A stretch of DNA of 64,000 nt from Candidatus Eiseniibacteriota bacterium (GCA_963725865.1 CAVSAC010000010.1:896001-960000); one strand, 5' to 3'. Shown: positions 30,416-40,266, counted from the first letter of the stretch. Made by a program: numbers and translations. Notes: generated by a model from the letters alone, not told the origin.

Positions 30416-31378
30416 TCAGTCCCGCCCGGCGCGCCCGGCCGGCATCGGCGGCGGACCGGTGTCCCCGCGCAGCACCGCGCGCAGGTCGGCCACCGCGAGC
30501 GCGCCGTGCCCGACCGCCACCGCCAGGCTGGGCAGCGCCGGCCGCGTGACGTCGCCCGCCGCCCACACTCCGGGCGCGCTGGTGCGCAGGCGCGCGTCGG
30601 TGATCAGGTAACCTTCGTCGTCGCGCTCGAGCGCCCCCGCGCACCACTCGGTGTTGGGGAGCGCGCCGACCTTGACCACCACGCCCTCCACCGCGAGCCA
30701 CCGCTCGCCGCGCACGTCCGCGAGCCGCACTCCGCTCACGCTGTCCACGCCCTCGATCGCGAGCACCCGGGTGCCCTCGAGCACCTCGATGCGCGGTTCG
30801 GCCGCCACCCGCTCACGGAACTCCGCGCGGGCGCGCGAGCGTCCCCGCACCGCGATCGCGACGTGGCAGCCGGCGGTCGCCAGGATGAGTGCGTTCTCGT
30901 ACGCCGCGTCGCCTCCGCCCACCACCAGCATCTGGCGGCCGGCGAACCGCGTGCGGTCGCGGGTGGCGGACACCGACACGCCGCGGCCCGCGAGCTCGTG
31001 CTCGCCGGGCACCTCGAGCCGCCGCCGGTGCAAACCGCTCGCGACCAGCACCGCGCGCGCCTCGAGCCACACGCCGGCCGTGGTGCGCAGGACGCAGGGA
31101 GCGTCCGCCTGCGCCGGCTCGATCGCGGCCACCGGATCGCCGACGTGCACCACGACGCCGCGCTCGCGGAGCTGCGTCGACATCACGGCCGCGAGCATCG
31201 GGCCGTCGCCCTGCGGCACGCCCACCCAGTCGCGCGGATGGAAGTGGATGCTCTGGAGCTGACCGCCGATGCGGGCGGAGCCCTCGAGGATGGCGACGTC
31301 GAGCTCGAACTCGCGCGCCCACAGTGCGGCCGAGACGCCGGCGGGGCCGGCGCCCACGATCAGCAGGTCGGACGTCAC
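30416..31378 (-). CDS. NAD(P)/FAD-dependent oxidoreductase, thioredoxin-reductase fold without CxxC
   Basis: IVGAGPAG, GGQL, GRGVSVSATRD (SxxD replaces CxxC), VVGGGDAA, PGVWAAGD. Confidence 0.85.
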   Translation of the reverse strand: MTSDLLIVGAGPAGVSAALWAREFELDVAILEGSARIGGQLQSIHFHPRDWVGVPQGDGPMLAAVMSTQLRERGVVVHVGDPVAAIEPAQADAPCVLRTTAGVWLEARAVLVASGLHRRRLEVPGEHELAGRGVSVSATRDRTRFAGRQMLVVGGGDAAYENALILATAGCHVAIAVRGRSRARAEFRERVAAEPRIEVLEGTRVLAIEGVDSVSGVRLADVRGERWLAVEGVVVKVGALPNTEWCAGALERDDEGYLITDARLRTSAPGVWAAGDVTRPALPSLAVAVGHGALAVADLRAVLRGDTGPPPMPAGRAGRD

Positions 31379-32142
31379 GCGGCGGTCCTCGCGGCGGCGG
31401 CCAGCGCCACCTCCCAGAAGGTCTTGGGCTCCGGCACCGCGAAGCCGTGGCGCCGCGCCAGTCGCGCGAGGCAGTCGAGGCGCTCGGCGCCGAAATCGGC
31501 GGAGGCGTTGCCGCGCGGGCGCAGCCGCACCTCGACCGTCGAGACCGGCACCCGGCGCGGCGTGGTGAGCGCTTCCGCGCGCAGCAGCAGGTCCCAGTCC
31601 TCGGAGAAGCGGAAGCGCTCGTCGAAGCCGCCGAGCCGCTCGAACAGCGCGCGCCGTACGGCCCAGGTGCTGGGCGGGATGTGATCGTCGCGCCGCATGC
31701 GCTCCGCGTCCCAGTCGAGCGCCACCGCGACGCGCTCGAGCTCGCGTCGCGTGCCGTCGGCGGCGAGCTCCTCGCGCACCGCCGCCCAGTCGGTGAACGC
31801 GAACTCCACCGCCTCGTCCGCGAACGCGGTCGTCAGAAGCGCCAGGTGATCGGGCTCCCAGCGATCGTCGTCGTCGAGGAACGCCAGCAGCTCGCCGCGG
31901 GCGCCGGCCGCCGCGGCGTTGCGTGCCGCCCCGGGCTGGCGCGCCGTCATCGGGAGCACGGTGACCTCGAGGTCGAGCAGCGCGTCGGCGGCGCCGTGCG
32001 CGGGCACCTCGCCGTCGTCGGCGATGCGCACCTCGAGCGGACGCCGGGTCTGCGCGGCGATCCCCGCCAGCGCGTCGCGCAGCAACTGCGGGCGATCGCA
32101 CGTCGCCAGCACGATCGAGACCGAGGGGATCGCGGCTCGCAT
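31375..32142 (-). CDS. Glycosyltransferase family 2
   Basis: VSIVLATCDR, DDG, GAARN, FLDDDD, GGFDE..EDWDL. Confidence 0.88.
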   Translation of the reverse strand: MRAAIPSVSIVLATCDRPQLLRDALAGIAAQTRRPLEVRIADDGEVPAHGAADALLDLEVTVLPMTARQPGAARNAAAAGARGELLAFLDDDDRWEPDHLALLTTAFADEAVEFAFTDWAAVREELAADGTRRELERVAVALDWDAERMRRDDHIPPSTWAVRRALFERLGGFDERFRFSEDWDLLLRAEALTTPRRVPVSTVEVRLRPRGNASADFGAERLDCLARLARRHGFAVPEPKTFWEVALAAAARTAA

Positions 32143-32152
32143 CGGGCCTCCG

Positions 32153-32731
32153 TCAGCGCGCCGCGGGGCCGGAGAACCGCAGCGCGTCCGCCCAGCGCGC
32201 TTCGGCGAGCGCGCCGCGCACCACGCGCGTCTCGATCCATCCGCTGCTGCGCACGCCGCGCATCTCCATGCAGAGGTGGCGCGCCTCCAGCACCACGGCC
32301 ACGCCGCGGGGCGCCAGCAGCCGCTCGAGGTGGTCGGCGATCTGGGTCGTGATGCGCTCCTGTAGCTGGGGGCGGCGCGCGTAACGCGCGAGCAGCCGCG
32401 CCAACCCGCTGACGCCGATGAGGCGCTCGCCGGGCAGGTAGGCGATCTGCGCGCGACCGAAGAACGGCACGAGGTGGTGCACGCACACCGAGTGGAACGG
32501 CAGGTCCCGGGCGAGCACCAGATCGTCGGCGCCCGCGTGGGGAAAGGTCGCGAACTCGGGCTCGGTGGCCGGATCGAGCCCTTCGAACACCTCGAGGTAG
32601 AGGTCCACGACCCGGGCCGGGGTCCTGGCCAGCTCCGGCTCGGTGGCCGGATCGAGGGCCAGCGCGCGGATGAGGTCGGCAACCGCGCGTTCGGCGGCGG
32701 GTCGATCGGGTCCCGGACGACTGGAGGCCAC
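32153..32731 (-). CDS. folE: GTP cyclohydrolase I (divergent)
   Basis: TPARV, SVCVHHLVPFFG, RRPQLQER, HLCMEMRGV; GTG after GGGAGGG. Confidence 0.88.
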   Translation of the reverse strand: MASSRPGPDRPAAERAVADLIRALALDPATEPELARTPARVVDLYLEVFEGLDPATEPEFATFPHAGADDLVLARDLPFHSVCVHHLVPFFGRAQIAYLPGERLIGVSGLARLLARYARRPQLQERITTQIADHLERLLAPRGVAVVLEARHLCMEMRGVRSSGWIETRVVRGALAEARWADALRFSGPAAR

Positions 32732-32753
32732 ACGTCCCTCCCGGCGCAACAAG

Positions 32754-32781
32754 GCGGGGCCGGTCACACGACCGGCCCCGC
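32754..32781 (-). terminator. Perfect 12-bp hairpin between tRNA-Gly and folE
   Basis: GCGGGGCCGGTC-GTGT-GACCGGCCCCGC; weak U tail, so possibly a processing/stability hairpin. Confidence 0.5.
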
Positions 32782-32786
32782 GAAGA

Positions 32787-32863
32787 TGGAGCGGAAGACG
32801 GGATTTGAACCCGCGACATCCACCTTGGCAAGGTGGCGCTCTACCGGTCTGAGCTACTTCCGC
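32787..32863 (-). tRNA. tRNA-Gly(GCC)
   Basis: 77-nt cloverleaf: acceptor GCGGAAG/CTTCCGC, D arm GCTC/GAGC, anticodon arm CCACC-TTGCCAA-GGTGG, TTCAAAT loop, encoded CCA. Confidence 0.98.
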
Positions 32864-32880
32864 GTGATTCGAGTGCGGGG

Positions 32881-32910
32881 ACTATAGCCAGCCCCGTCCG
32901 GAGGCGTCAA
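32881..32910 (-). promoter_or_regulatory. sigma70-type promoter of tRNA-Gly
   Basis: TTGACG-N18-TATAGT just upstream of the tRNA. Confidence 0.75.
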
Positions 32911-33063
32911 GACGGCCGGGCGGCCCCGCGCGCCTTCCGGCGCGCCGCGCGCCGCACGGGTCCGGCGCGCGCGCGAGCGTCACGCCCCGCCCCGCTCGTT
33001 CACCGGCGCGAGCGCGGCGTCGTGATCGATCGGGCGGCGTTCCGGCCCGGAGCCGGCCTTCGG

Positions 33064-33075
33064 TATAGTGCGCCC
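33064..33075 (+). promoter_or_regulatory. -10 element 6 nt before ATG (leaderless-type start)
   Basis: TATAGT-GCGCCC-ATG, no Shine-Dalgarno. Confidence 0.55.
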
Positions 33076-34278
33076 ATGACCCTGCTGGTGCAGAAGTACG
33101 GCGGCACCTCGGTCGACGGCGCCGAGCGCGTGCGGGCGGTGGCGCGGCGCGTGGCCGCGGCCCGCGCCGCCGGCCACGACACGGTGGTGGTGGTCTCCGC
33201 GATGGGACAGACGACCGACGAGCTGCTGGCGCTCGCCCGCCAGGTGTCGCCCAACCCGAGCCGGCGCGAGCTCGACATGCTGATCACCACCGGCGAGCGC
33301 GTGTCGATGGCGCTGCTGGCGATGGCGCTGCACGACCTCGGCGTCGACGCGATCTCGTTCACCGGCTCGCAGAGCGGCGTGCTGACCGACTCGACGCACG
33401 GTGCCGCGCGGATCACGGGCATCCGTCCCGACCGCATCCGCGCCGAACTCGCGCGCGGACGGGTCGTGATCGTAGCCGGGTTCCAGGGCGTCAACCCCGA
33501 GACCCGCGAGATCACCACGCTGGGCCGCGGCGGCTCCGACACCACCGCGGTCGCGCTCGCCGCCGCGCTGGGCGGCGCGTGCGAGATCTACACCGACGTG
33601 GCGGGGGTGTTCACCGCCGACCCGCGCGTGGCTCCGGCCGCGCGCGTCATCCCGACGATCTCGTACCGCGCGTGCTCGACGCTCGCCCACCTCGGCGGGC
33701 GGGTGCTGCACGCGCGCTGCGTGGACCTCGCCGCGCGCCATCGCGTTCCGCTTGTCGTGCGCTCCTCGTTCGACGATGGGCCCGGGACGCGTCTCCAGGA
33801 GGACGACATGGAAGGACCGCACGTCGATGCGGTGACGCATCGGGACGGCTGTTCGATCGCGATCGCCGAGGGCAATGCCGGCGGCCGCGGCGAAGCCCGC
33901 GGACTGATCGAGAACGTGGCCGCCGCGCTCCCCGAGCTGGAGCTGATCGCGCACGAGCAGGACACCGAGGCGCACGGCGCCGTGGTGTGGATCGGCGGAC
34001 GCGAGGACGTCGAGGCGCTGCAGGCGCGCTTCCGCGAGCTGCGGGGCCCGGGCGGCGAGTGGCGCCTGGTGGCCGAGCACGAGGCGGCGTTCGTGTCGGT
34101 GGTGGGCTTCGGGCTCGGCGCGGCGCACGCCGCGCGCGCGGAGGCGGCGCTCGAGCGTGCCGGCGTGCCGCTGGTGGCGCTGCGCGTCACGCCCACCGCG
34201 CTGGTGTTCCGGGTCGCCGACGCGCGCTGCGCGGACGCGGTGCGCGCGCTGCACGCGGAGATGTTCGAGGCGGGTTAG
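33076..34278 (+). CDS. lysC: Aspartate kinase (alpha chain; probable internal beta-chain start at 33808)
   Basis: VQKYGGTSV, VVVSAMG.TTD.L, TGER.S, AGFQG, TTLGRGGSDTTA, YTDV.GV.TADPR; degenerate ACT-like C-terminus. Confidence 0.92.
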   Translation: MTLLVQKYGGTSVDGAERVRAVARRVAAARAAGHDTVVVVSAMGQTTDELLALARQVSPNPSRRELDMLITTGERVSMALLAMALHDLGVDAISFTGSQSGVLTDSTHGAARITGIRPDRIRAELARGRVVIVAGFQGVNPETREITTLGRGGSDTTAVALAAALGGACEIYTDVAGVFTADPRVAPAARVIPTISYRACSTLAHLGGRVLHARCVDLAARHRVPLVVRSSFDDGPGTRLQEDDMEGPHVDAVTHRDGCSIAIAEGNAGGRGEARGLIENVAAALPELELIAHEQDTEAHGAVVWIGGREDVEALQARFRELRGPGGEWRLVAEHEAAFVSVVGFGLGAAHAARAEAALERAGVPLVALRVTPTALVFRVADARCADAVRALHAEMFEAG

Positions 34279-35523
34279 CCCCCGCGCGCCCCACGGCCGG
34301 AGCGCGCGCCGAGCAGCGCCGCCCAGCCGGCGCCCGCGAGCCACAACAGCAGCGGCTCGATGCTCATGCGGTAGCGCATCACGGTGAGGAACACGCGAGG
34401 CCATGAGCGTGAAGCTGAGCGATCCCGAGCGGGAACGCGCCGAGTCCCGCCTCGAGCGACGCGCAGCAAGTCCCAGCAGCGCGCCGACGAAGATCACCAC
34501 GCTCATCGCCCCCATCGCCCAGTCGGCCACCGACACCGAGTACGCGGTGCGGGTCTGGGTGCGCGGGTAGAGCGCCCACAGGTTGCGCATCTTGACCAGG
34601 TAGAGCGACGCCGCGCGGCCCGGCTGCTCGCGCACGAAGCGCATCCCCTCGCGGTAGTAAGGCCCGCTCCTGGTCCGTGTAGTTCGGCGCAGTGCGCGGA
34701 TCGAATCCAGCAGCGCCCCGGTAGGCTTCGGGTTCCACTGCGTCGAGCCCCGGTAGTCGGGGTTGTTGCCCATCCAGAACTGGCGCCCGCCGCCCGCGGT
34801 GATGAAGAACCAGCGGCCGTACACGGCGTGGTTGCGCGCGACCCACGGCGCCACCACCAGCGCAAGGGCGAGCGTGAACAGCGCCCCCCAGCGCGCCAGC
34901 CGGAGCGCGCCGCGGCGCCCGAGGTGGATGCAGCGTGCCGAGCGCCAGCCCGGGCAGCAGCGCGCTTAGCGTCGGCTTGCAGAGCAGCGCCACGCCGTAC
35001 GCGCAGACCCGCGAGCACGAATCGGCGCGCCCGACGGGCGGCGCAACGCCAGGCCGTAGAGCCCGAACGCCAGCGACCGCGAGCGACAGCATCAGGGTCT
35101 CGACGTAGTGCGTGATGGGCAGGAACGCCATCACCGGATGGAGCGCGGCGAGCGTCGCGGCGACCAGCCCGGCGCCGGCCCGAGCAGCGCCGCGCCGAAC
35201 GCGCCGATCAGCGCGACCGTTGCCGTCGAGAGTCCGGCCTCGACCAGGCGCAGCGCGTGCAGGTCGCGTCCGGTCACCGAGTACACGCCGGCGATGAAGA
35301 ACGGGTAGGCCGGCGGCAGGAAGAAGTCGGCGGTGTAGCGGTGCTCGGCGGCGAGCGCCCAGCCGGCGGCTTCGTACGCGCGGCCGTCGGCCCACGGGAT
35401 CCCCGCCGGCGCCATGGCGACGAACGCGAGTCGGGCGAGCAGCGCGCCTGCGAGCACCAGCGCCCAAGCCAGACGGCGCCGGGCGAGGCGATCGAGCCAT
35501 CCGGCAGACGGCACCGCGTTCAT
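34275..35523 (-). CDS. ArnT/GT39-like membrane glycosyltransferase; several frameshifts
   Basis: D...Y...G, PPAYPFF, ETL, LCKP, PW..RN..VYG, GNNP, RYRMSIEP motifs spread over three frames; ATG overlaps the glgA stop. Confidence 0.65.
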
Positions 35524-37052
35524 GGCTTGAGCATCAGGCGCACGCTCTCGAGCGTGGGCGCCGCTCCCATCCCCACCTGCACTCGCGCCTCCGCGTACAG
35601 CGCGTCGTAGCCGTCGGCACTCGCGCGCCACGAGAAGTCGTGCGCCATGCCGTTGCGCTGCAGCGTGCGCCACAGCTCGGGCTGGCGATGGAACGCGAGG
35701 GCGCGGCGCAGCGTCTGCACCATGTCGTGATCGTCGAAATGCTCGAACGTGAAGCCGTTCCCCTCGCGCGTGATCGGATCGAACTCGCGCACGGTATCGG
35801 CGAGCCCACCCACCGCGCGCACCACCGGAACGGTGCCATAGCGCAGGCTGTACATCTGGTTGAGTCCGCACGGCTCGTAGCGCGAGGGCATCAAGAACAC
35901 GTCGGCGCCGCCCTCGACCAGGTGGGCGAACGGCTCGTCGTGCCCGCCGCGGTAGTGGAAGCGGGTCGGATGCTCGGCCGCCAGGCGGCGGAACAGCTCC
36001 ACGTAGCGCGGCTGCCCGGAGCCCAACACCACGAACCGGGCGTCGAGCCGCGCGAGCTCGGGCGCGGCCTGCTCCACCAGGTCGAAGCCCTTCTGAAGCA
36101 CCAGCCGCGAGACCACGCCGACCACCGGCCACGCCGGCCGGTCCGGCAGCTCCGCCTCGCGCAGCAGCGCGGCCCGGTTGCCGGCCTTCTTCTCGAGCGA
36201 GTCGCGGTCGTAGCGCACCGCCAGGTGGGGATCGCGCGCGGGATCCCACACCGCGTCGTCGATGCCGTTGAGGATGCCGCGCAGGGCGTCGCCGCGGCGC
36301 TCGAGCAGCCCCTCGAGGCCGAACCCGAACTCGCCGGTCGTCTGCACCTCGCGGGCGTAGCGCGGGCTCACGGTCGAGATCATGTCGGCGAACGCGATGC
36401 CGACCTTCATGTAGTTCACGCGGCCCCAGAACTCGAACGGGCTCGCCGGGTAGAACAGGTCGCGCCCGAAGCCCGCGAGCCCCAGCACCCAGGCGTCGTA
36501 GATGCCCTGGTAGCCGAGGTTGTGGATCGTGAACACGGTGGCGACGCCGCCGAACGCCAGCTCGTACGCGTCGTGGGTCCGCGCGAAGCACGGCGCCCAC
36601 GCCGCCTGGTGGTCGTGCGCGTGCAGGACGTCGAGCCGCTCGCCCAGCCGCTTGAGCCCCTCGAGGGCGGCGCGCGCGAAGAACAGGAAGCGCTCGGCGC
36701 TGTCGGGCCAGCCCTCGCCGGTGCGCGGGTCGTCGTAGACGCCGGGGCGGTCGAAGAAACGGCGCTCGCCCGCGTGGCCGACCAGCAGCACGCGCGGCCC
36801 GGCGCCCGGTGGCTCGAGCAGCGAGAACCGCGCCGGCTCGCGCCCCATCCCCCACGGCACCTGCGCCTCGTCGAGCTCGCGGCAGGTCCAGCCGGCCGGC
36901 ATCTCGAGCGTGGCGTAGCGCGGCAGCACCACCGTCACCCGGTGGCCGCGGCGCGCCTGCTCGAACGAGAGTGCGCCGATGACGTCCCCGAGGCCGCCGA
37001 CCTTCACGAACGGCGACATCTCGCTCGCCACGTGCGCGATGGTGAGCGTCAT
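35520..37052 (-). CDS. glgA: Glycogen synthase
   Basis: KVGGLGDV, HAHDHQ, FTIHNLGYQG, GILNGID, VSRL..QKG, MPSRYEPCGLNQM. Confidence 0.95.
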   Translation of the reverse strand: MTLTIAHVASEMSPFVKVGGLGDVIGALSFEQARRGHRVTVVLPRYATLEMPAGWTCRELDEAQVPWGMGREPARFSLLEPPGAGPRVLLVGHAGERRFFDRPGVYDDPRTGEGWPDSAERFLFFARAALEGLKRLGERLDVLHAHDHQAAWAPCFARTHDAYELAFGGVATVFTIHNLGYQGIYDAWVLGLAGFGRDLFYPASPFEFWGRVNYMKVGIAFADMISTVSPRYAREVQTTGEFGFGLEGLLERRGDALRGILNGIDDAVWDPARDPHLAVRYDRDSLEKKAGNRAALLREAELPDRPAWPVVGVVSRLVLQKGFDLVEQAAPELARLDARFVVLGSGQPRYVELFRRLAAEHPTRFHYRGGHDEPFAHLVEGGADVFLMPSRYEPCGLNQMYSLRYGTVPVVRAVGGLADTVREFDPITREGNGFTFEHFDDHDMVQTLRRALAFHRQPELWRTLQRNGMAHDFSWRASADGYDALYAEARVQVGMGAAPTLESVRLMLKP

Positions 37053-37071
37053 CGGGCTCCCGCGATCCGGT

Positions 37072-38085
37072 TCAGGCCTCGACCGCGATCTCGCGCAGGT
37101 ACTGCGCGGCGTCCTCGGGCGGCGTCGGGTTGATGTGGAAGCCCGAGCCGATCTCGAAGCCCGCGACCCGCGAGAGCTTGGGCAGGATCTCGAGATGCCA
37201 GTGGTAGTACTCGAGGTCGCCGTCGCTCACCGGCGCGGTGTGGATGACGAAGTTGTACGGTGGCCGGTTGAGGGCCCGATCGAGGCGCCACAGCATGTCC
37301 TTGAGGATGGCCGCGAAGTCGTGGAACTCGCTCGCGTCCTCGACCGACTGGAACGCCGCGTCGTGACGGCGCGGCAGGATCCAGGTCTCGAACGGGAAGC
37401 GTGGGGCGAACGGCTCCAGCGCGACGAAGCGCTCGTTCATCGTCACCACCCGGCGGCCGTCGTTCTCGGCGGTCTCCTGCTGGATGATGTCGCAGAACAC
37501 GCAGCGCTCCTTGAGCTCGAAGTAGCGCCGGCTGCCCTCCAGCTCCTCCTGCACGAGGCGCGGGATGATGGGCGTCGCGATCATCTGGGTGTGGCCGTGC
37601 TCGATCGTGGCGCCGGCACCGGCGCCCTGGTTCTTGAAGATCAGCACGTAGCGGAAGCGCCGGTCGCGGTGCAGGTCGAGCACCCGTGCGCGGTAGGCGG
37701 CCAGCATCTGCGCCAGATGCTCGACCGGCAGCTCGTGGAGCATCAGGTCGTGCTGCGGGCACTCGATCACCACCTCGTGCGCGCCGACGCCGTTCATCTT
37801 GTCGTAGAGCCCCTCGCCGCGGCGGTCGAGCGTGCCCTCGATCTGGAGCGCCGGGAACTTGTTGGGCACCACGCGCACCTGCCAGCCGGGCGAGTTGGGA
37901 GCGCCGCCGTTCGGGCGGTAGGCGTACACCTCGGGCGGGGTCTTGTCCTCGTGGCCGGGGCAGAACGGGCAGAAGCTCGGCGACTTGGGGACCGGCGCCG
38001 GTTCGAAGCTCGTGGGTCGGCGGCTGCGTTCGGTGGAGATGATCACCCACCGTCCGACCACCGGGTCCTTCCGTAGCTCGGGCAT
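37072..38085 (-). CDS. galT: GalT-family nucleotidyltransferase (galactose-1-P uridylyltransferase or ADP-glucose phosphorylase-like)
   Basis: ELRKDP..W, CPFCPG.E, VVPNKFPAL, GAHEVVIE, FKNQG..AGA..HGHTQ, C.FC, YHWH.EI.P, AGFE. Confidence 0.9.
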   Translation of the reverse strand: MPELRKDPVVGRWVIISTERSRRPTSFEPAPVPKSPSFCPFCPGHEDKTPPEVYAYRPNGGAPNSPGWQVRVVPNKFPALQIEGTLDRRGEGLYDKMNGVGAHEVVIECPQHDLMLHELPVEHLAQMLAAYRARVLDLHRDRRFRYVLIFKNQGAGAGATIEHGHTQMIATPIIPRLVQEELEGSRRYFELKERCVFCDIIQQETAENDGRRVVTMNERFVALEPFAPRFPFETWILPRRHDAAFQSVEDASEFHDFAAILKDMLWRLDRALNRPPYNFVIHTAPVSDGDLEYYHWHLEILPKLSRVAGFEIGSGFHINPTPPEDAAQYLREIAVEA

Positions 38086-38150
38086 GAGCGTCCTCGTATG
38101 CGGGTAGGTCGCCGGGCGGGAGCCCCGGTCTTCAGCAGTAAGGCGGCGGA

Positions 38151-38180
38151 AGTCTAGGGATGGGTGGCGCGTGGGGTCAA
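38151..38180 (-). promoter_or_regulatory. Internal sigma70-type promoter for galT-glgA
   Basis: TTGACC-N18-TAGACT. Confidence 0.6.
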
Positions 38181-39460
38181 GGAGCGCCGATCCCGGCGCC
38201 ACGAACGTCCTCGCCTCCCCGATCGACCGATTCCCGCCGTTCCTTCGCCGTTTCCTCGAACACTCGCCGCAGCACCGCCTCCTCGCCCGGCGCCAGCGCG
38301 CGTCCGCGCCGCGCGAGCGCGGTGCGCGCGGTCGCCAGGAACGCGTCGAGCCGGTGCTCCACGGTCGACGCGCCGTCCCACCACGCGAACGAAGCCACCG
38401 CCGCCGGCGCCAGGCGTCCGCCGCCGAACAGATTCGCGCCCACGCCCACCGCGGCGCCGGTCGGCAGCAGCGTGCCGATGCCGGTCTTCACGTGCGCGCC
38501 GACCACCGCGCCCACCTTGGACTCGCCGCTGTCCAGGCGCACGCCGTCGATCCACACCCGGACCGGTCCGTAGTTGTTCTTGAGGTCGCTGGTGGTGGTG
38601 AGCGCGCCGAGGTTCACCCACTCCCCGAGCGCGCTGTGCCCGACGAAGCCGTGGTGGCGCTTGTTGCCGTAGCCCTGCCAGACGCACTCCTCGACCTCGC
38701 CCGCTATGCGGCACTCGGGCCCGAACGTGGAACGCGAGATGAAGCCGCCCAGCAGCTGGGTCCGCTCGCCCACGACGCACGGCCCCGTCACCACGGTGTG
38801 CGGGCGCACCCGCGCGTCCGCGCCGATGCGGATGGGACCGCCGCGCGCATCGAGCACCGCGAGCGGCTCCACCTGGGCACCCGCCTCGACGACGATGCGC
38901 TCGGGCGCCAGCAGCACCGCGCCCGCGTGCACCGAGCCCGCGATGCGCCCGGCCTCGCCCGCCAGGTCGGCCGCGATCGCGTCCGCGTTCCAGCGCACCA
39001 GGTCCCACGGGAACGTGACGAAGCGCGCCTGCGGCACCGCCACCGCCGGCAAACCCAGCCCGAGCAGGAACGCCTCGAACGCCTCGCCGCGCCCGAGCCC
39101 CGGCGCCAGCATCTCGAACGGCAGCCGCGCGCCCACGATACGGCCCTCGCCCAGGAACAGCGCCGGACTGCGCGCGGCCCGCGCCGCCGCCAGCCACGCC
39201 TCGGGCAGCGCGGCGGCGTTGAACACCAGCACCTCGTCGCCGCGCCGCGGCGCGGTCGCCTCGATCGCGGGCGCCTCGTGCCAGCCGCCCATCGCGTGCG
39301 CGCGCGCCTCGATCCCGAGCAGTGGCGCGTCCACCGCGCGGCGCCAGCGGCGCTCGAGCGTGCTCGCGCCGAACGCCAGCGCCGGCACCGGCAGCACGTC
39401 GGTGAGCGGGCGCAGGGTGCGCCAGTGGCGATCCTCGTAGAGCACGAGCAGGGTGTTCAT
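38177..39460 (-). CDS. GlmU-like putative sugar nucleotidyltransferase/acetyltransferase (hexapeptide repeats)
   Basis: LYED..LRPLT..P..L..G; PWDL; LDARGGPI.IG; NKRHHGFVGHS.LGEWVNLGA.T.TSDLKNNY. Confidence 0.85.
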   Translation of the reverse strand: MNTLLVLYEDRHWRTLRPLTDVLPVPALAFGASTLERRWRRAVDAPLLGIEARAHAMGGWHEAPAIEATAPRRGDEVLVFNAAALPEAWLAAARAARSPALFLGEGRIVGARLPFEMLAPGLGRGEAFEAFLLGLGLPAVAVPQARFVTFPWDLVRWNADAIAADLAGEAGRIAGSVHAGAVLLAPERIVVEAGAQVEPLAVLDARGGPIRIGADARVRPHTVVTGPCVVGERTQLLGGFISRSTFGPECRIAGEVEECVWQGYGNKRHHGFVGHSALGEWVNLGALTTTSDLKNNYGPVRVWIDGVRLDSGESKVGAVVGAHVKTGIGTLLPTGAAVGVGANLFGGGRLAPAAVASFAWWDGASTVEHRLDAFLATARTALARRGRALAPGEEAVLRRVFEETAKERRESVDRGGEDVRGAGIGAP

Positions 39461-40266
39461 CGCGCGGTCCCCGCGAATCGGAACACCCCGCCGAACCCCG
39501 CGAGCGTCGCGCGCCGCTTGAGCGCGTCGGCGGCCTCGCCACTCACGCAGTCGCGGGTGCGCACCTTGAACAGGCCCTTTTCGCGCTCGACCACGAACGC
39601 GACCAGTAGCTGGGACTCGGCCGCCGCGCGCAGGCCGTCGGCCTTTGCGCGCTCGGCCGGGGCCCCCACCTGGACGCGCCAGCAGGGGGTGCCGGGCGCC
39701 AGCTTCGCGGGCGCGGGCGTGCGCGTCGGCGGCGCGGCCACCGGAGGGGCCGGCGCGGATGCCGCCGGCGGCGCCGGCGCGGCGCTCGCGCTGGTGTCGG
39801 GCGCGAGCAGGCGCGCGAGCGTGCCCGGCTTGTCGCCGAGCGGCTGCGTGGGGCTCGGCACCGGCACGTCGGTGGACGCGCTGTCGGCCGCGGGCCGCGT
39901 GAACCGCAGCGTGTCGTACGCCGCCTCCGGCGCCACCTCGGTCACGCCGCCGGGCCCGGGCGTCGCGGGTGCGCCCGGCGCCGCGGCCCGCAGCTCCGCG
40001 GGCGTGGGCGCCGGCACGCGCTCCGCCTGCGGCAGCGGCTCCACGATGCTGCCCAGCACCGCGCTTCCGGCGGGCGAGACCGCCGTCGTGTCGATCGCGG
40101 TGCGCGTGGCGACCGCCGGCGACGGCGCGGGCGTGCCGGGCGCCGGGGCCGTAGCCGGCACCGGGGCCGGCGTCGGTGGCGCCGAGGTCACCGGCAGCAT
40201 GCCCGCGCATCCGGTCAACACCGCGAGTGCCGCCGCCAGTGTCAGTGTCGCCGCGCGCTCACGCAT
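39457..40266 (-). CDS. SPOR-domain lipoprotein
   Basis: Lipobox LTG|C, long Pro/Ala/Thr linker, C-term WRVQVGA..A..L..GLFKVR. Confidence 0.75.
   Translation of the reverse strand: MRERAATLTLAAALAVLTGCAGMLPVTSAPPTPAPVPATAPAPGTPAPSPAVATRTAIDTTAVSPAGSAVLGSIVEPLPQAERVPAPTPAELRAAAPGAPATPGPGGVTEVAPEAAYDTLRFTRPAADSASTDVPVPSPTQPLGDKPGTLARLLAPDTSASAAPAPPAASAPAPPVAAPPTRTPAPAKLAPGTPCWRVQVGAPAERAKADGLRAAAESQLLVAFVVEREKGLFKVRTRDCVSGEAADALKRRATLAGFGGVFRFAGTAR

Noticed and set aside
32787..32863. tRNA-Gly as an integration site for an island or prophage
   Set aside because: No integrase and no duplicated tRNA 3' end seen in the window
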